DNA from: Polyangia bacterium | GTDB lineage: Bacteria > Myxococcota_A > Polyangia > Fen-1088 | DNA: 64,000 nt | Direction of reading: 5' to 3' | NCBI GenBank assembly: GCA_035578045.1 | Contig: DATJWP010000096.1 | Span: 18,623-82,622 of the forward strand | In this document: one piece after another, positions 44,296-52,119 of the stretch | Position numbering within the stretch: position 1 is the first letter of the stretch | How the letters are laid out: each line of letters begins with the position of its first letter | The notes under the pieces: generated by a model | Seen by the model: only the letters and a program-made list of their open reading frames with translations | What the model was told of the DNA's origin: nothing | Database searches by the model: none | Position numbers and translations under genes: made by a program

Positions 44296-44673
44296 TCAGA
44301 GGGTCGCGGGCTCCAACCGTATCGTCAACCCCCACAACACCGCGGCCGCCAGGGCGTAGCCGGCAAACAGCGTTCCCAGGGTCGCACCGTGCAACAAGAA
44401 TTCTTCCCAGGTTTTCGGACGAGGATGCCATCCGATTCGATCCATCCAGGATGGGAGCCGACACAGGGCATACAGGCCGGGGGCCACGCCGAGGAGTCCC
44501 CCGAACGTCGCCGTGATCCGGGTGCTCGCGGCGACGCGGATCCGGCCGTTGCACGCGGAGCACTGAAAGAATTTCGTTATTCCCCCGTTGAAGAATTGAT
44601 TCCCGGGAACGCGGGTCAGTTCGCCGCAAAGCGGGCAACTATTTCGAGCGATCCCCGCTGTGTCGTGGGACAT
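44296..44673 (-). CDS. Small zinc-ribbon membrane protein, lower-GC gene
   Basis: 125 aa with CPLCG...CSACNG followed by two hydrophobic helices. It is visibly richer in A/T-ending codons than its neighbours. Confidence 0.5.
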   Translation of the reverse strand: MSHDTAGIARNSCPLCGELTRVPGNQFFNGGITKFFQCSACNGRIRVAASTRITATFGGLLGVAPGLYALCRLPSWMDRIGWHPRPKTWEEFLLHGATLGTLFAGYALAAAVLWGLTIRLEPATL

Positions 44674-44733
44674 CGTGGACCACCTCAGGTTAGACCAAAC
44701 ACCCCGTGCCGATGTTAACCCAAAGCACCTGAG

Positions 44734-45420
44734 TCAGCGGCTGACCATTCGTGCATCGGCCAGATCGGCGCGAATGGTGCGCGCCAGGTCATGGGGCGAG
44801 AGGTCTCGTGCGCCCGGCGTGCAGGCGATGCGCTGCGTGGGCTGGCCCACCCACGACGCGAGGTCCGAGTGAGCCTCGAGCGCCGCGACCACGGCGTCGA
44901 CCTCTTTCCCGAGCGAGGGATAGCGCTCTCGGCAGTGGTCGCTTCCGACCCGCATGCGATCACGGCTGGCGCAGACGACGCGGGAGACGGTTCTTGAATC
45001 GCAGAGCTCGTCCTGATTGTGCGGTTCCTCGAGGTTGGGACAGAGCGTCTCGAGCGCGTCGCGAAGGCCCGAGACCTGGCCGGTGCGGAGGCGCCTGACG
45101 AGCACGCCGCCCGTCTCGATGCAGCGGTGGCCTTCGTAGACCAGGGTGCCGTCGTCGAACACGGCGAGCTCCCAGGCGGGCTCGTCGCGCTCGCCAGCTT
45201 CCGGGACGCGGGCCACGTAGACGAGCGGCGTCTGGCCCACCAGTTCCTGGAGCGCCGGGGTCGCGGGGCCGTCCGCGCGCTCGTTCATGCGGTCGGCGGC
45301 AGGACCCTGCCAGCTTTCGGGCCGCGGGATGGTCATGGCGGGAGAGCTGGTGGCGGCTGTCGTCGAGCACCCTGCCAAGAAGAGGCAGAGCGAGCCATAG
45401 ATGAGGGGAGCGCTTGCCAT
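44734..45420 (-). CDS. Hypothetical lipoprotein
   Basis: ATG at 45420 (MASAPLIYGSLCLFLAGCS). It lies immediately downstream of dinB. Confidence 0.55.
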   Translation of the reverse strand: MASAPLIYGSLCLFLAGCSTTAATSSPAMTIPRPESWQGPAADRMNERADGPATPALQELVGQTPLVYVARVPEAGERDEPAWELAVFDDGTLVYEGHRCIETGGVLVRRLRTGQVSGLRDALETLCPNLEEPHNQDELCDSRTVSRVVCASRDRMRVGSDHCRERYPSLGKEVDAVVAALEAHSDLASWVGQPTQRIACTPGARDLSPHDLARTIRADLADARMVSR

Positions 45421-45454
45421 GCGCCTCGGGACTTGCAGCGCTCGGGCCAACGAC

Positions 45455-46783
45455 TCACGAGCCGGGATCCCGGGCGTCCGGGCCTGAGCCCCGCCCGCCT
45501 GGCACTCGCGAGGGTGCCCCGATCGCCAACTTGGCAGCCGCGCTCCCGCCGCCGAGCTGGGTCGCCAGCGTCACGGTCGAGAAGCCGTACCTGTCCCGAA
45601 TCTGGTCCACGACGGCGGCGGCTTTCTCGTGCTGATCGAAGAGGGACAGCTGTTCGAACGCTCCCAGGTTCGAGAGCTGAACGCCCAGCAGCCGCACCGG
45701 CAGCGGGCGGGTGCGCGCGGCCGCCAGCATCTCCTTGAGGACGGGGTAGAGCTCGAGCTCGGAGCTGGTGGGCGCCAGCGTGCGCGATCGAGTCAGCGTG
45801 TGAAAGTCGGCGTAGCGCAGCTTCAGCGTCACGGTGCGCGCCTTGATGTGGCGCTTGCGGGCGCGCCAGCAGACGCGCTCGCACAGCCCGCAGAGGACCG
45901 ACTGGACCACCGCCGGGTCGGACACGTCCTCGCGGAACGTCCGCTCGTTCGAGATGCTGCCGACGGTCTCCCCCTCCGGATCGTGCTCCGAGAACGCCGG
46001 GCGCTCGCGCCCGAGGTCGCCGGAGCCCCGTCCCTGGACGCCGCGCTGGATGCCGGGCGCCCAGGCGCCGAAGATCTGGCGCAGCTCGGCGAGCGGCGCC
46101 TCCGCCACCGCCCCCAGCGTCTCCAGCCCGGCGGCGTGCAGCTTCCCCTCGGCGACCGGACCGATGCCCGGGAACGATCGGACCGGCAGCGGCGCCAGCA
46201 CGGCCCGCTCGACCCCGGCCGGCACCAGCATCACGCCACGGGGTTTGGCCAGCGCGGACGCCACCTTGGCCATCACCTTGCTGGTGGCGATGCCGGCGCT
46301 GGCGGGAAGGCCCAGCTCGCGATCGATCGCGGCCGCCAGCTCGAGCACCGCGCGCTCGATCGCGACGTCCTCGTTCTGGTCGCCTGGTCGCCCGTAGAGC
46401 CGCTCGCAGCCCGTGAAGTCCAGGAACATCTCGTCGATGGATGCCACCAGCACGGTGGGCGAAAACCGTCGCGCGATCTCGCGCACCCGCTCTGCGTGCT
46501 CGCCGTAGGTCTCGCCGCGGGTCGGAAGGTAGATCGCGTCGGGGGCCAGCTTGCCTGCCTCGACCAGCGACATGCCGGACTTCACGCCCAGCCGCCGAAC
46601 CTCATAGCTGGCCGCCGTCACCACGCCGCGCGTGCCCGGCTGGCCGCCGACGACCACCGGTTTCCCCTCGAGCGTGGGATCCAGGAGCCGCTCGACCGAA
46701 ACGAAGAACGTGTCCAGGTCCAGACAGCAGATCCGGGGGGCCGCCAGCGGTCCCGACCGTGCCGCTTCCGTGGCCGTCGACAT
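45455..46783 (-). CDS. dinB: DNA polymerase IV (Y-family)
   Basis: In-frame ATG at 46783 of track ORF 45455..47713. Motifs [26 protein letters not shown] and SIDEMFLD. The little-finger region is present. Confidence 0.9.
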   Translation of the reverse strand: MSTATEAARSGPLAAPRICCLDLDTFFVSVERLLDPTLEGKPVVVGGQPGTRGVVTAASYEVRRLGVKSGMSLVEAGKLAPDAIYLPTRGETYGEHAERVREIARRFSPTVLVASIDEMFLDFTGCERLYGRPGDQNEDVAIERAVLELAAAIDRELGLPASAGIATSKVMAKVASALAKPRGVMLVPAGVERAVLAPLPVRSFPGIGPVAEGKLHAAGLETLGAVAEAPLAELRQIFGAWAPGIQRGVQGRGSGDLGRERPAFSEHDPEGETVGSISNERTFREDVSDPAVVQSVLCGLCERVCWRARKRHIKARTVTLKLRYADFHTLTRSRTLAPTSSELELYPVLKEMLAAARTRPLPVRLLGVQLSNLGAFEQLSLFDQHEKAAAVVDQIRDRYGFSTVTLATQLGGGSAAAKLAIGAPSRVPGGRGSGPDARDPGS

Positions 46784-46855
46784 CGCATGAATGTAACACG
46801 AACGACTGAACCCATGTTCAGCCATGGGCCGTGGCGATCTGGTAGGCTGGCCGGC

Positions 46856-47815
46856 ATGACTCTGCTCGAATCGCTGAAGCGCTACACCACGATCGTGGCC
46901 GACACCGGGGACATCGAGGCCATCCGCAAGCACCGTCCCCAGGACGCGACCACGAATCCCTCGCTCTTGCTCAAGGCCGCGCAGCAGCCCGATTACCGCG
47001 AGCTGGTCCAGCGCGCGCTCAAGGCCTCGCAGGCGGTGGCCGGCGACAAGGCCGCGCGCACGGCGGCGTTCATGGACGGCCTGTTCGTCGAGTTCGGGTG
47101 CGAGATCCTGAAGATCGTCCCCGGCCGCGTCTCGACCGAGGTCGACGCCACCTATTCCTTCGACACCGAGGGGACCATCGCCAAGGCTCGCCACTTCATC
47201 GACCTCTACAAGCAGGCCGGCGTGCCGCGCGAGCGCGTGCTGATCAAGGTCGGCACCACCTGGGAGGGCATCCGCGCCGCCGAGCGGCTGGAGGCGGAGG
47301 GCATTCACTGCAACATGACGCTGCTGTTCTCGTTCGCGCAGGCGGTGGCCTGCGCCGAAGCGGGCGTCACGCTGATCTCGCCCTTCGTCGGCCGCATCTA
47401 CGACTGGTACCTCAAGGACCGCGGCGTGAAGGACATCGCCCCCGAGGAGGATCCGGGCGTCGCCTCGGTCGACCGCATCTACAACTACTACAAGAAGTAC
47501 GACTACAAGACGCAGGTCATGGGCGCCAGCTTCCGCAAGGCGGCCCAGGTCGAGCGGCTGTGCGGGTGCGACCTGCTCACCATCAGCCCGGAGATCCTGG
47601 CCGAGCTGGGCGCCAAGACCGGCGAGCTGCCGCGCCGGCTGTCGCCCGAGGCGGCCAAGAAGACCGACGCGCCCAAGCTGCACCTGGACGAGAAGGCCTA
47701 TCGCTGGCTGCACAACGAGGACCCGATGGCCGTCGAGAAGCTGTCGGACGGGATCCGCAAGTTCAACGCCGACGCGCGCAAGCTCGAGGCCTACGCCGAC
47801 ACGTTGTTGCGGTAG
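46856..47815 (+). CDS. tal: Transaldolase
   Basis: ATG at 46856. Motifs [45 protein letters not shown] and ISPFVGRI. Confidence 0.9.
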   Translation: MTLLESLKRYTTIVADTGDIEAIRKHRPQDATTNPSLLLKAAQQPDYRELVQRALKASQAVAGDKAARTAAFMDGLFVEFGCEILKIVPGRVSTEVDATYSFDTEGTIAKARHFIDLYKQAGVPRERVLIKVGTTWEGIRAAERLEAEGIHCNMTLLFSFAQAVACAEAGVTLISPFVGRIYDWYLKDRGVKDIAPEEDPGVASVDRIYNYYKKYDYKTQVMGASFRKAAQVERLCGCDLLTISPEILAELGAKTGELPRRLSPEAAKKTDAPKLHLDEKAYRWLHNEDPMAVEKLSDGIRKFNADARKLEAYADTLLR

Positions 47816-47868
47816 AGCCCGACCGGGATCCGCCCGCGATTCGAGAGCTAGGCTCCCGGGAACGAGCC

Positions 47869-48270
47869 ATGAGTCCCAAGAAGCGCCGGGCGGCCGGATC
47901 GGGAATCGACGCCATCGTGCGAGATCTGCGCGCCTTCGGGCTGGCCTACCCGGGCGCGCACCTCAAGAGCCCCTGGCCGGGCCACGCCGACCTGGCGGTG
48001 AATGACAAGACCTTCGCCTACCTCAGCGTCGAGGGCGAGCCGCTGGGGATCTCGTGCAAGCTGCCGCGGTCCGCCGATCTGGCGCTGGCGCTGCCGTTCA
48101 CCAAGCCGACCCCCTACGGGCTGGGGAAGTCGGGCTGGGTCTCGGCGCAGTTCACGAACGCGCGAGAGGTTCCGGTCGCGATGTTGAAGGAGTGGATCGA
48201 CGAGAGCTACCGCGCGCAGGCGCCCAAGCGCCTGGTCGCGCGGCTGAATCAGGGATCCGCGGTGAAGTGA
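47869..48270 (+). CDS. MmcQ/YjbR family DNA-binding protein
   Basis: ATG at 47869. 133 aa with AYPGAHLKSPWPGHADLAVNDKTFAYL and the C-terminal EWIDESYR. Confidence 0.7.
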   Translation: MSPKKRRAAGSGIDAIVRDLRAFGLAYPGAHLKSPWPGHADLAVNDKTFAYLSVEGEPLGISCKLPRSADLALALPFTKPTPYGLGKSGWVSAQFTNAREVPVAMLKEWIDESYRAQAPKRLVARLNQGSAVK

Positions 48271-49181
48271 ACGTTGTTCATCGGGAGCACGCCGACGACG
48301 CTTCCGGAGCCGCTGCTGCCGCTGACGGCGATGTCGAACCTGGTCACGAGGCCGTCAGTCCGAACCGCGCACGCCGACATGGTGCACGCGCAAGGCGTGT
48401 CCAGGAGACAGAGCGAGAGCTTGCCGCAGTCGACCGTCGTGGTTTTCTGCGTGGTCGGGTTCACCAGCGCGCAGGTCATGTCCGGGGTGCCTCCCGGGCC
48501 CTGCGAGCTCCAGTTGGGGAGGCAGGTGGTGTATCCCGGCGCGGGCTGCTGAAGCGCGCACCAGCCCGTCCAGAGCTCATAGGTTGTGAATCCGAAGCGC
48601 AGCCGCCCGGAGACCAGGCTGGCGTCGCGCATCGTGTAGGTGAACCCCTCTGAGATGTACCGGCTGGCGGCCAGACCGAGGTCGGTGACGTGGCCGGGGC
48701 TGAACAGGTCCGCCGGGTAGGTGACATCCGGGTCGGTCGCAGGAGGCGGCGGGGTGCCCTGACCCAGGATCACGGTGCCCGTCAGCTGACCGCTCGCATC
48801 GGCCGTGAAGGTGATGTGGATGGCGTCGGAGCCCGACGGAAAGGAGAAGTTCTCGATGTAACCCGTCCAGGACTGGGTGACCGGGCCGCCGGTGCCCGCC
48901 TGTCCGCTTCCGGCGACGCCGGTGACCGTGCTGCCGGCGGCGCCGCCCATCCCGCCCGCTCCGCCCGCTCCGGCAGTTCCGGCGCTGCCCCCCGTGCCCG
49001 GGGCGCCGCCGCTCATCCCGCCGGTGCTCGTGCCGCCGCCGCCGCTGCCCCCGGTCCCGGCTGCGGAAACGCCACCGCTCCCGCCGGTCCCGTCGAGGGC
49101 TCCCACGATATGCTGGTTGTCGCAACCGGCCAGCACGACCGCCGCGGCGACGGTGAAGGTGCAGATGCTCGCTCTCGTCAT
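48249..49181 (-). CDS. Hypothetical lipoprotein with a Gly-rich linker
   Basis: ATG at 49181 and lipobox LAGCD. The 3' end overlaps the convergent gene by 22 nt. Confidence 0.55.
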   Translation of the reverse strand: MTRASICTFTVAAAVVLAGCDNQHIVGALDGTGGSGGVSAAGTGGSGGGGTSTGGMSGGAPGTGGSAGTAGAGGAGGMGGAAGSTVTGVAGSGQAGTGGPVTQSWTGYIENFSFPSGSDAIHITFTADASGQLTGTVILGQGTPPPPATDPDVTYPADLFSPGHVTDLGLAASRYISEGFTYTMRDASLVSGRLRFGFTTYELWTGWCALQQPAPGYTTCLPNWSSQGPGGTPDMTCALVNPTTQKTTTVDCGKLSLCLLDTPCACTMSACAVRTDGLVTRFDIAVSGSSGSGSVVGVLPMNNVHFTADP

Positions 49182-49213
49182 GTTCCCCCAGTGGCGCGAG
49201 ACCGCGGGACCTT

Positions 49214-50161
49214 TCACTGCCCGACCGCGGCGCGCGCGCCGCCCGCGAACCGCCCCTCGGGGAACAGGGCCAGGTACTCCCGCAGATCGCTTCGCGCGCC
49301 CGCGGCGTCGCTGGAGGCCGCCCGGCAAGCGGCGCGGCCCCAGAACGCGCGCTCCGTGATCGAGTCGAGCGGTCGATCGGCCGCCAGCAGCCGATCCAGG
49401 TCGGCGACGGCCGCCGCACACCTGCCGGCCGCCGACCGCAGCTCGGCCCGGGCGATCAGCAGATCGCGCCCGCCGCCGCTCGGCGCGAGAGCCGCGCCAT
49501 CCAGCAGCGCCAGCGCCTCGACGTTGCGGTGCAACTTGAGCAGCGCTTCGATGCGCGCGCGCGTCGCCTCGGGCGCCAGCGGCCCGGTCGCGAAGCGCGC
49601 GTCGTGCGCGTCCAGCAGCGCCAGCGCGCCGGGCGCGTCGGCGTCACGCCGGAGCTTCTGTAACGCTCTCGCCAGCAGCTCGGACTCCTGCGCCAGCGGC
49701 GACGCCACCGGCCTGGGCGGTGCCGCCACCCGCTCCGGTCGCGGGGCGATCGGTGGGGGCGGCCGCGGGGTCGTCTCGGGCTCCGGCGGCCGCGGCTCGA
49801 GCTCTGGCGGCGGCGTGAGGCGGGGACCGCGCGCCGCCACCCGCGCATGCGGAGCAGGCGACGGAGCGGGCGCACGAACCTCCGGCGCAGGCTTTCGCGG
49901 CCTGAACAGATGGAAGTAACGCTGCCCGGCGGCGGTCAGCGCCCCGCCCGACAGGAGCAGCACGGCCGCGATCGCCACCCGCACCGCCCAGTGACGCTGG
50001 GGCGCGCGCCGCGCCCGGCGCAACCGCCGCCGGATCGCCGCGAGCCGGTCGGCGCTGGGGGCGTCGGTGGCCGCCGCCTGGCGCAGCAACGCCCCGGCGC
50101 GCGACTCCGGGCTGCCGTCGTCGGTGCGTCGTACCCAGCGGTCCGCGCTTCCGCGTTTCAT
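49214..50161 (-). CDS. Putative anti-sigma factor (single TM, Pro-rich spacer, TPR-like C-terminus)
   Basis: The ATG overlaps the sigma-factor stop (ATGA). There is one TM helix (VRVAIAAVLLLSGGALTAAG). The position immediately downstream of the ECF sigma gene supports the call. Confidence 0.55.
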   Translation of the reverse strand: MKRGSADRWVRRTDDGSPESRAGALLRQAAATDAPSADRLAAIRRRLRRARRAPQRHWAVRVAIAAVLLLSGGALTAAGQRYFHLFRPRKPAPEVRAPAPSPAPHARVAARGPRLTPPPELEPRPPEPETTPRPPPPIAPRPERVAAPPRPVASPLAQESELLARALQKLRRDADAPGALALLDAHDARFATGPLAPEATRARIEALLKLHRNVEALALLDGAALAPSGGGRDLLIARAELRSAAGRCAAAVADLDRLLAADRPLDSITERAFWGRAACRAASSDAAGARSDLREYLALFPEGRFAGGARAAVGQ

Positions 50162-50769
50162 CGATGCTCTCCGGTTTCGCGGTCCATCTCTTCCAGGAAG
50201 CGCCGGCGCGCCCGGTGCAGGTGGACCCAGACGGTCGCCAGCTTGCGTCCGGTCATCGCCGCGATCTCCTCGCCCGAGGTCCCCTCGAGCTCGAACAGGA
50301 TCAGCACTTCGCGATATCTGTCGGGCATGCGATCGAGGATCCGGTAGACGGTCTGGGAGGCGCGCCGCCGCTCCAGCTCCTCGATGGGCGTCAGCGGCGC
50401 CGGCGAGACCGATCGTTCGACGTCGGCCCGGCGGGTACGCGTCAGCCAGCCGCGGATCCGATCCTTTCGCCGCCGCCCCCGGACCACGCGCTCGGCGATT
50501 CGATACAACCACGTCGTCAGCTTGGCGTCGCCCCGGAACTCGGGCAGCTGCCGATCGACGACCAGGAAGACCTCGTGGACCAGGTCGTCGACGTCGGCGC
50601 GCGGGCCGCCCAGGCGGCCGACCCAGCGAGCCACGGTCGGGGCGTGAACCCGATAGATCTCGTCCAGATCGAGGGGCACGGGTGGTTGGCCCGGGCCGAC
50701 CACGTTCCTGTTGGCGAGCACTTGCATCGAACGGCCCGTCAGTGTCGTGAGCCCCACGGAACCTTTCAC
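50158..50769 (-). CDS. ECF-type RNA polymerase sigma-70 family factor
   Basis: Region 2 is DDLVHEVFLVV..F.G.AKLTTWLYRIA. Region 4 is YREVLILFELEG.SGEEIA..TG....TV...LHRAR. Confidence 0.85.
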   Translation of the reverse strand: MKGSVGLTTLTGRSMQVLANRNVVGPGQPPVPLDLDEIYRVHAPTVARWVGRLGGPRADVDDLVHEVFLVVDRQLPEFRGDAKLTTWLYRIAERVVRGRRRKDRIRGWLTRTRRADVERSVSPAPLTPIEELERRRASQTVYRILDRMPDRYREVLILFELEGTSGEEIAAMTGRKLATVWVHLHRARRRFLEEMDRETGEHR

Positions 50770-51683
50770 GGCATTCGACCCAGGCTCAACCCGAGGGCCA
50801 GCTGGAGCTCGAAGCGGGGGATCTGCCCCTGATCGGCCAGACCGGTGATCTCCAGGCGATCGCGGCCCGGCCAGACCAGCACGTCCAGGCCGACCCAGGG
50901 GGTGGCGTTACCCCACGGCCTTCCTGCCTGGACGCCCAGGCTGGCCCCGAGCTGCGAGCTGGAGCTGGCCGCGGTGGTCGACAAGCCGACCCCTTCGACG
51001 CTCAGCAGCGCAGCCACGCCCTGGGCGCGCGCCGCCAGGATGGTGCGCCCGACGTCGAATCGCGCCTCGGGCCCGGCGCCGAAGGCGACGCGGCTCCAGC
51101 GCGCGGCGTCGGCGTAGGCGCCCACCGGCGCAGAGCGGGCTGTCACGCCCGAAACGGTGAGGCCGAGACCCATGTGCCAGCCGCCGGGCGCGATCCATCC
51201 CCCGATGCGGGCGCCGGGCGCCGCCTGTCCGCCGGTCACGGACCCGATCAGCGCCAGCCCCAGGTCCCAGCTGAGGGGCGGCGCCGGCGGTGCGGCCGCC
51301 TGCGTCACCTGGACCACGGCTGTCGGTTGTTCGCTGCGGCTCGCAGGAGGGGGCAGGGTGACCTGGGCGGTGATGCGGGGATCCAGGTCCGCCTCCCAGG
51401 CGGCGATGACGATGGCCACGGCGTGAGCCAGATCGGCGCAGCTCTCGGCGGCGGGGAGATCGCGCTCGGCGAGCTGCTGGTCACGCGGATCCAGCAGCCG
51501 GACGTGCAGGCCCCCGCCGTCACGGGACAGGCGGACGTGGTGCTGGTCCGCGGTCCGGTCGCCCGCCGCGGCCGGCGCCATCTCGACCAGAAGGCGGCTG
51601 ACGTCGGGCGGGGCAGGGCAGGTGACGTCGCCGGCGACGTCGACCGCGACCAACGCGAGCCCCAGCGCCAGCCCGAGGGACAT
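50766..51683 (-). CDS. Hypothetical envelope protein (beta-rich C-terminal half), first gene of the ECF operon
   Basis: 305 aa. Its stop overlaps the sigma GTG start (GTGA). The C-terminal half has alternating Gly/hydrophobic strands. Confidence 0.5.
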   Translation of the reverse strand: MSLGLALGLALVAVDVAGDVTCPAPPDVSRLLVEMAPAAAGDRTADQHHVRLSRDGGGLHVRLLDPRDQQLAERDLPAAESCADLAHAVAIVIAAWEADLDPRITAQVTLPPPASRSEQPTAVVQVTQAAAPPAPPLSWDLGLALIGSVTGGQAAPGARIGGWIAPGGWHMGLGLTVSGVTARSAPVGAYADAARWSRVAFGAGPEARFDVGRTILAARAQGVAALLSVEGVGLSTTAASSSSQLGASLGVQAGRPWGNATPWVGLDVLVWPGRDRLEITGLADQGQIPRFELQLALGLSLGRMP

Positions 51684-51791
51684 TGCGCGATTCTATGTCG
51701 CCGCCGGACCGCGCACGTGGGCGAGAAACCTGTCCGTTGTGGCGCCGGCCCACCTGTCGACCTGTGGGTCGAAGTCGAGCCGCCCGAGCTG

Positions 51792-51884
51792 TTGACAGGA
51801 GCGCCATCGCTGACGTAAATGAATATGAATTTCAGTTTCAATTAAGTCAGGAGCGGCCAGCGGCCACGCGCCCCGAGCCCGGCC
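51792..51884 (+). promoter_or_regulatory. Promoter-operator-leader module, copy 1
   Basis: TTGACA at 51792 with a 17-18-nt spacer to gTAAAT. An AT-rich island at 51816..51846 carries TGAA/TTCA inverted repeats. Conserved blocks CGGCCAGCGGCC (51854..51865) and GCGCCCCGAGCCCGG (51868..51882) follow. Confidence 0.45.
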
Positions 51885-51912
51885 AGCAGCAGGCGAGACG
51901 CCGGAGGCTCGG

Positions 51913-52119
51913 TTGGACACGAACGACGAACATCATCGACTGCACGATCTGCGGTGCCGTTGCGGCAGCCTGGTGGCGCGGCTGCTGGACGGCAAGCTGG
52001 AGTTGAAGTGCCGCCGCTGCCAGCGGATCGGCGTCATCGATCTCGCTGCTGCTCGCGCCGCCGGCGGGCCGATCGAGATCGCCTGGCAAGCCGAGTCGCC
52101 CCGAGCGACACGGCGGTGA
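51913..52119 (+). CDS. Com-like zinc-ribbon small protein
   Basis: TTG start with GGAGG 5 nt upstream. 68 aa with LRCRCGSLVARLLDGKLELKCRRCQRIGVI, the C-x-C...C-x-x-C spacing of the Mu Com family as I recall it. Its stop overlaps the receptor GTG (GTGA). Confidence 0.55.
   Translation: MDTNDEHHRLHDLRCRCGSLVARLLDGKLELKCRRCQRIGVIDLAAARAAGGPIEIAWQAESPRATRR

Noticed and set aside
51913-52119. The Com-like ORF as a prophage remnant.
   Set aside because: No phage structural, integrase or Mom-like genes lie nearby. The ORF sits inside an iron-regulated-looking operon with host-like GC.
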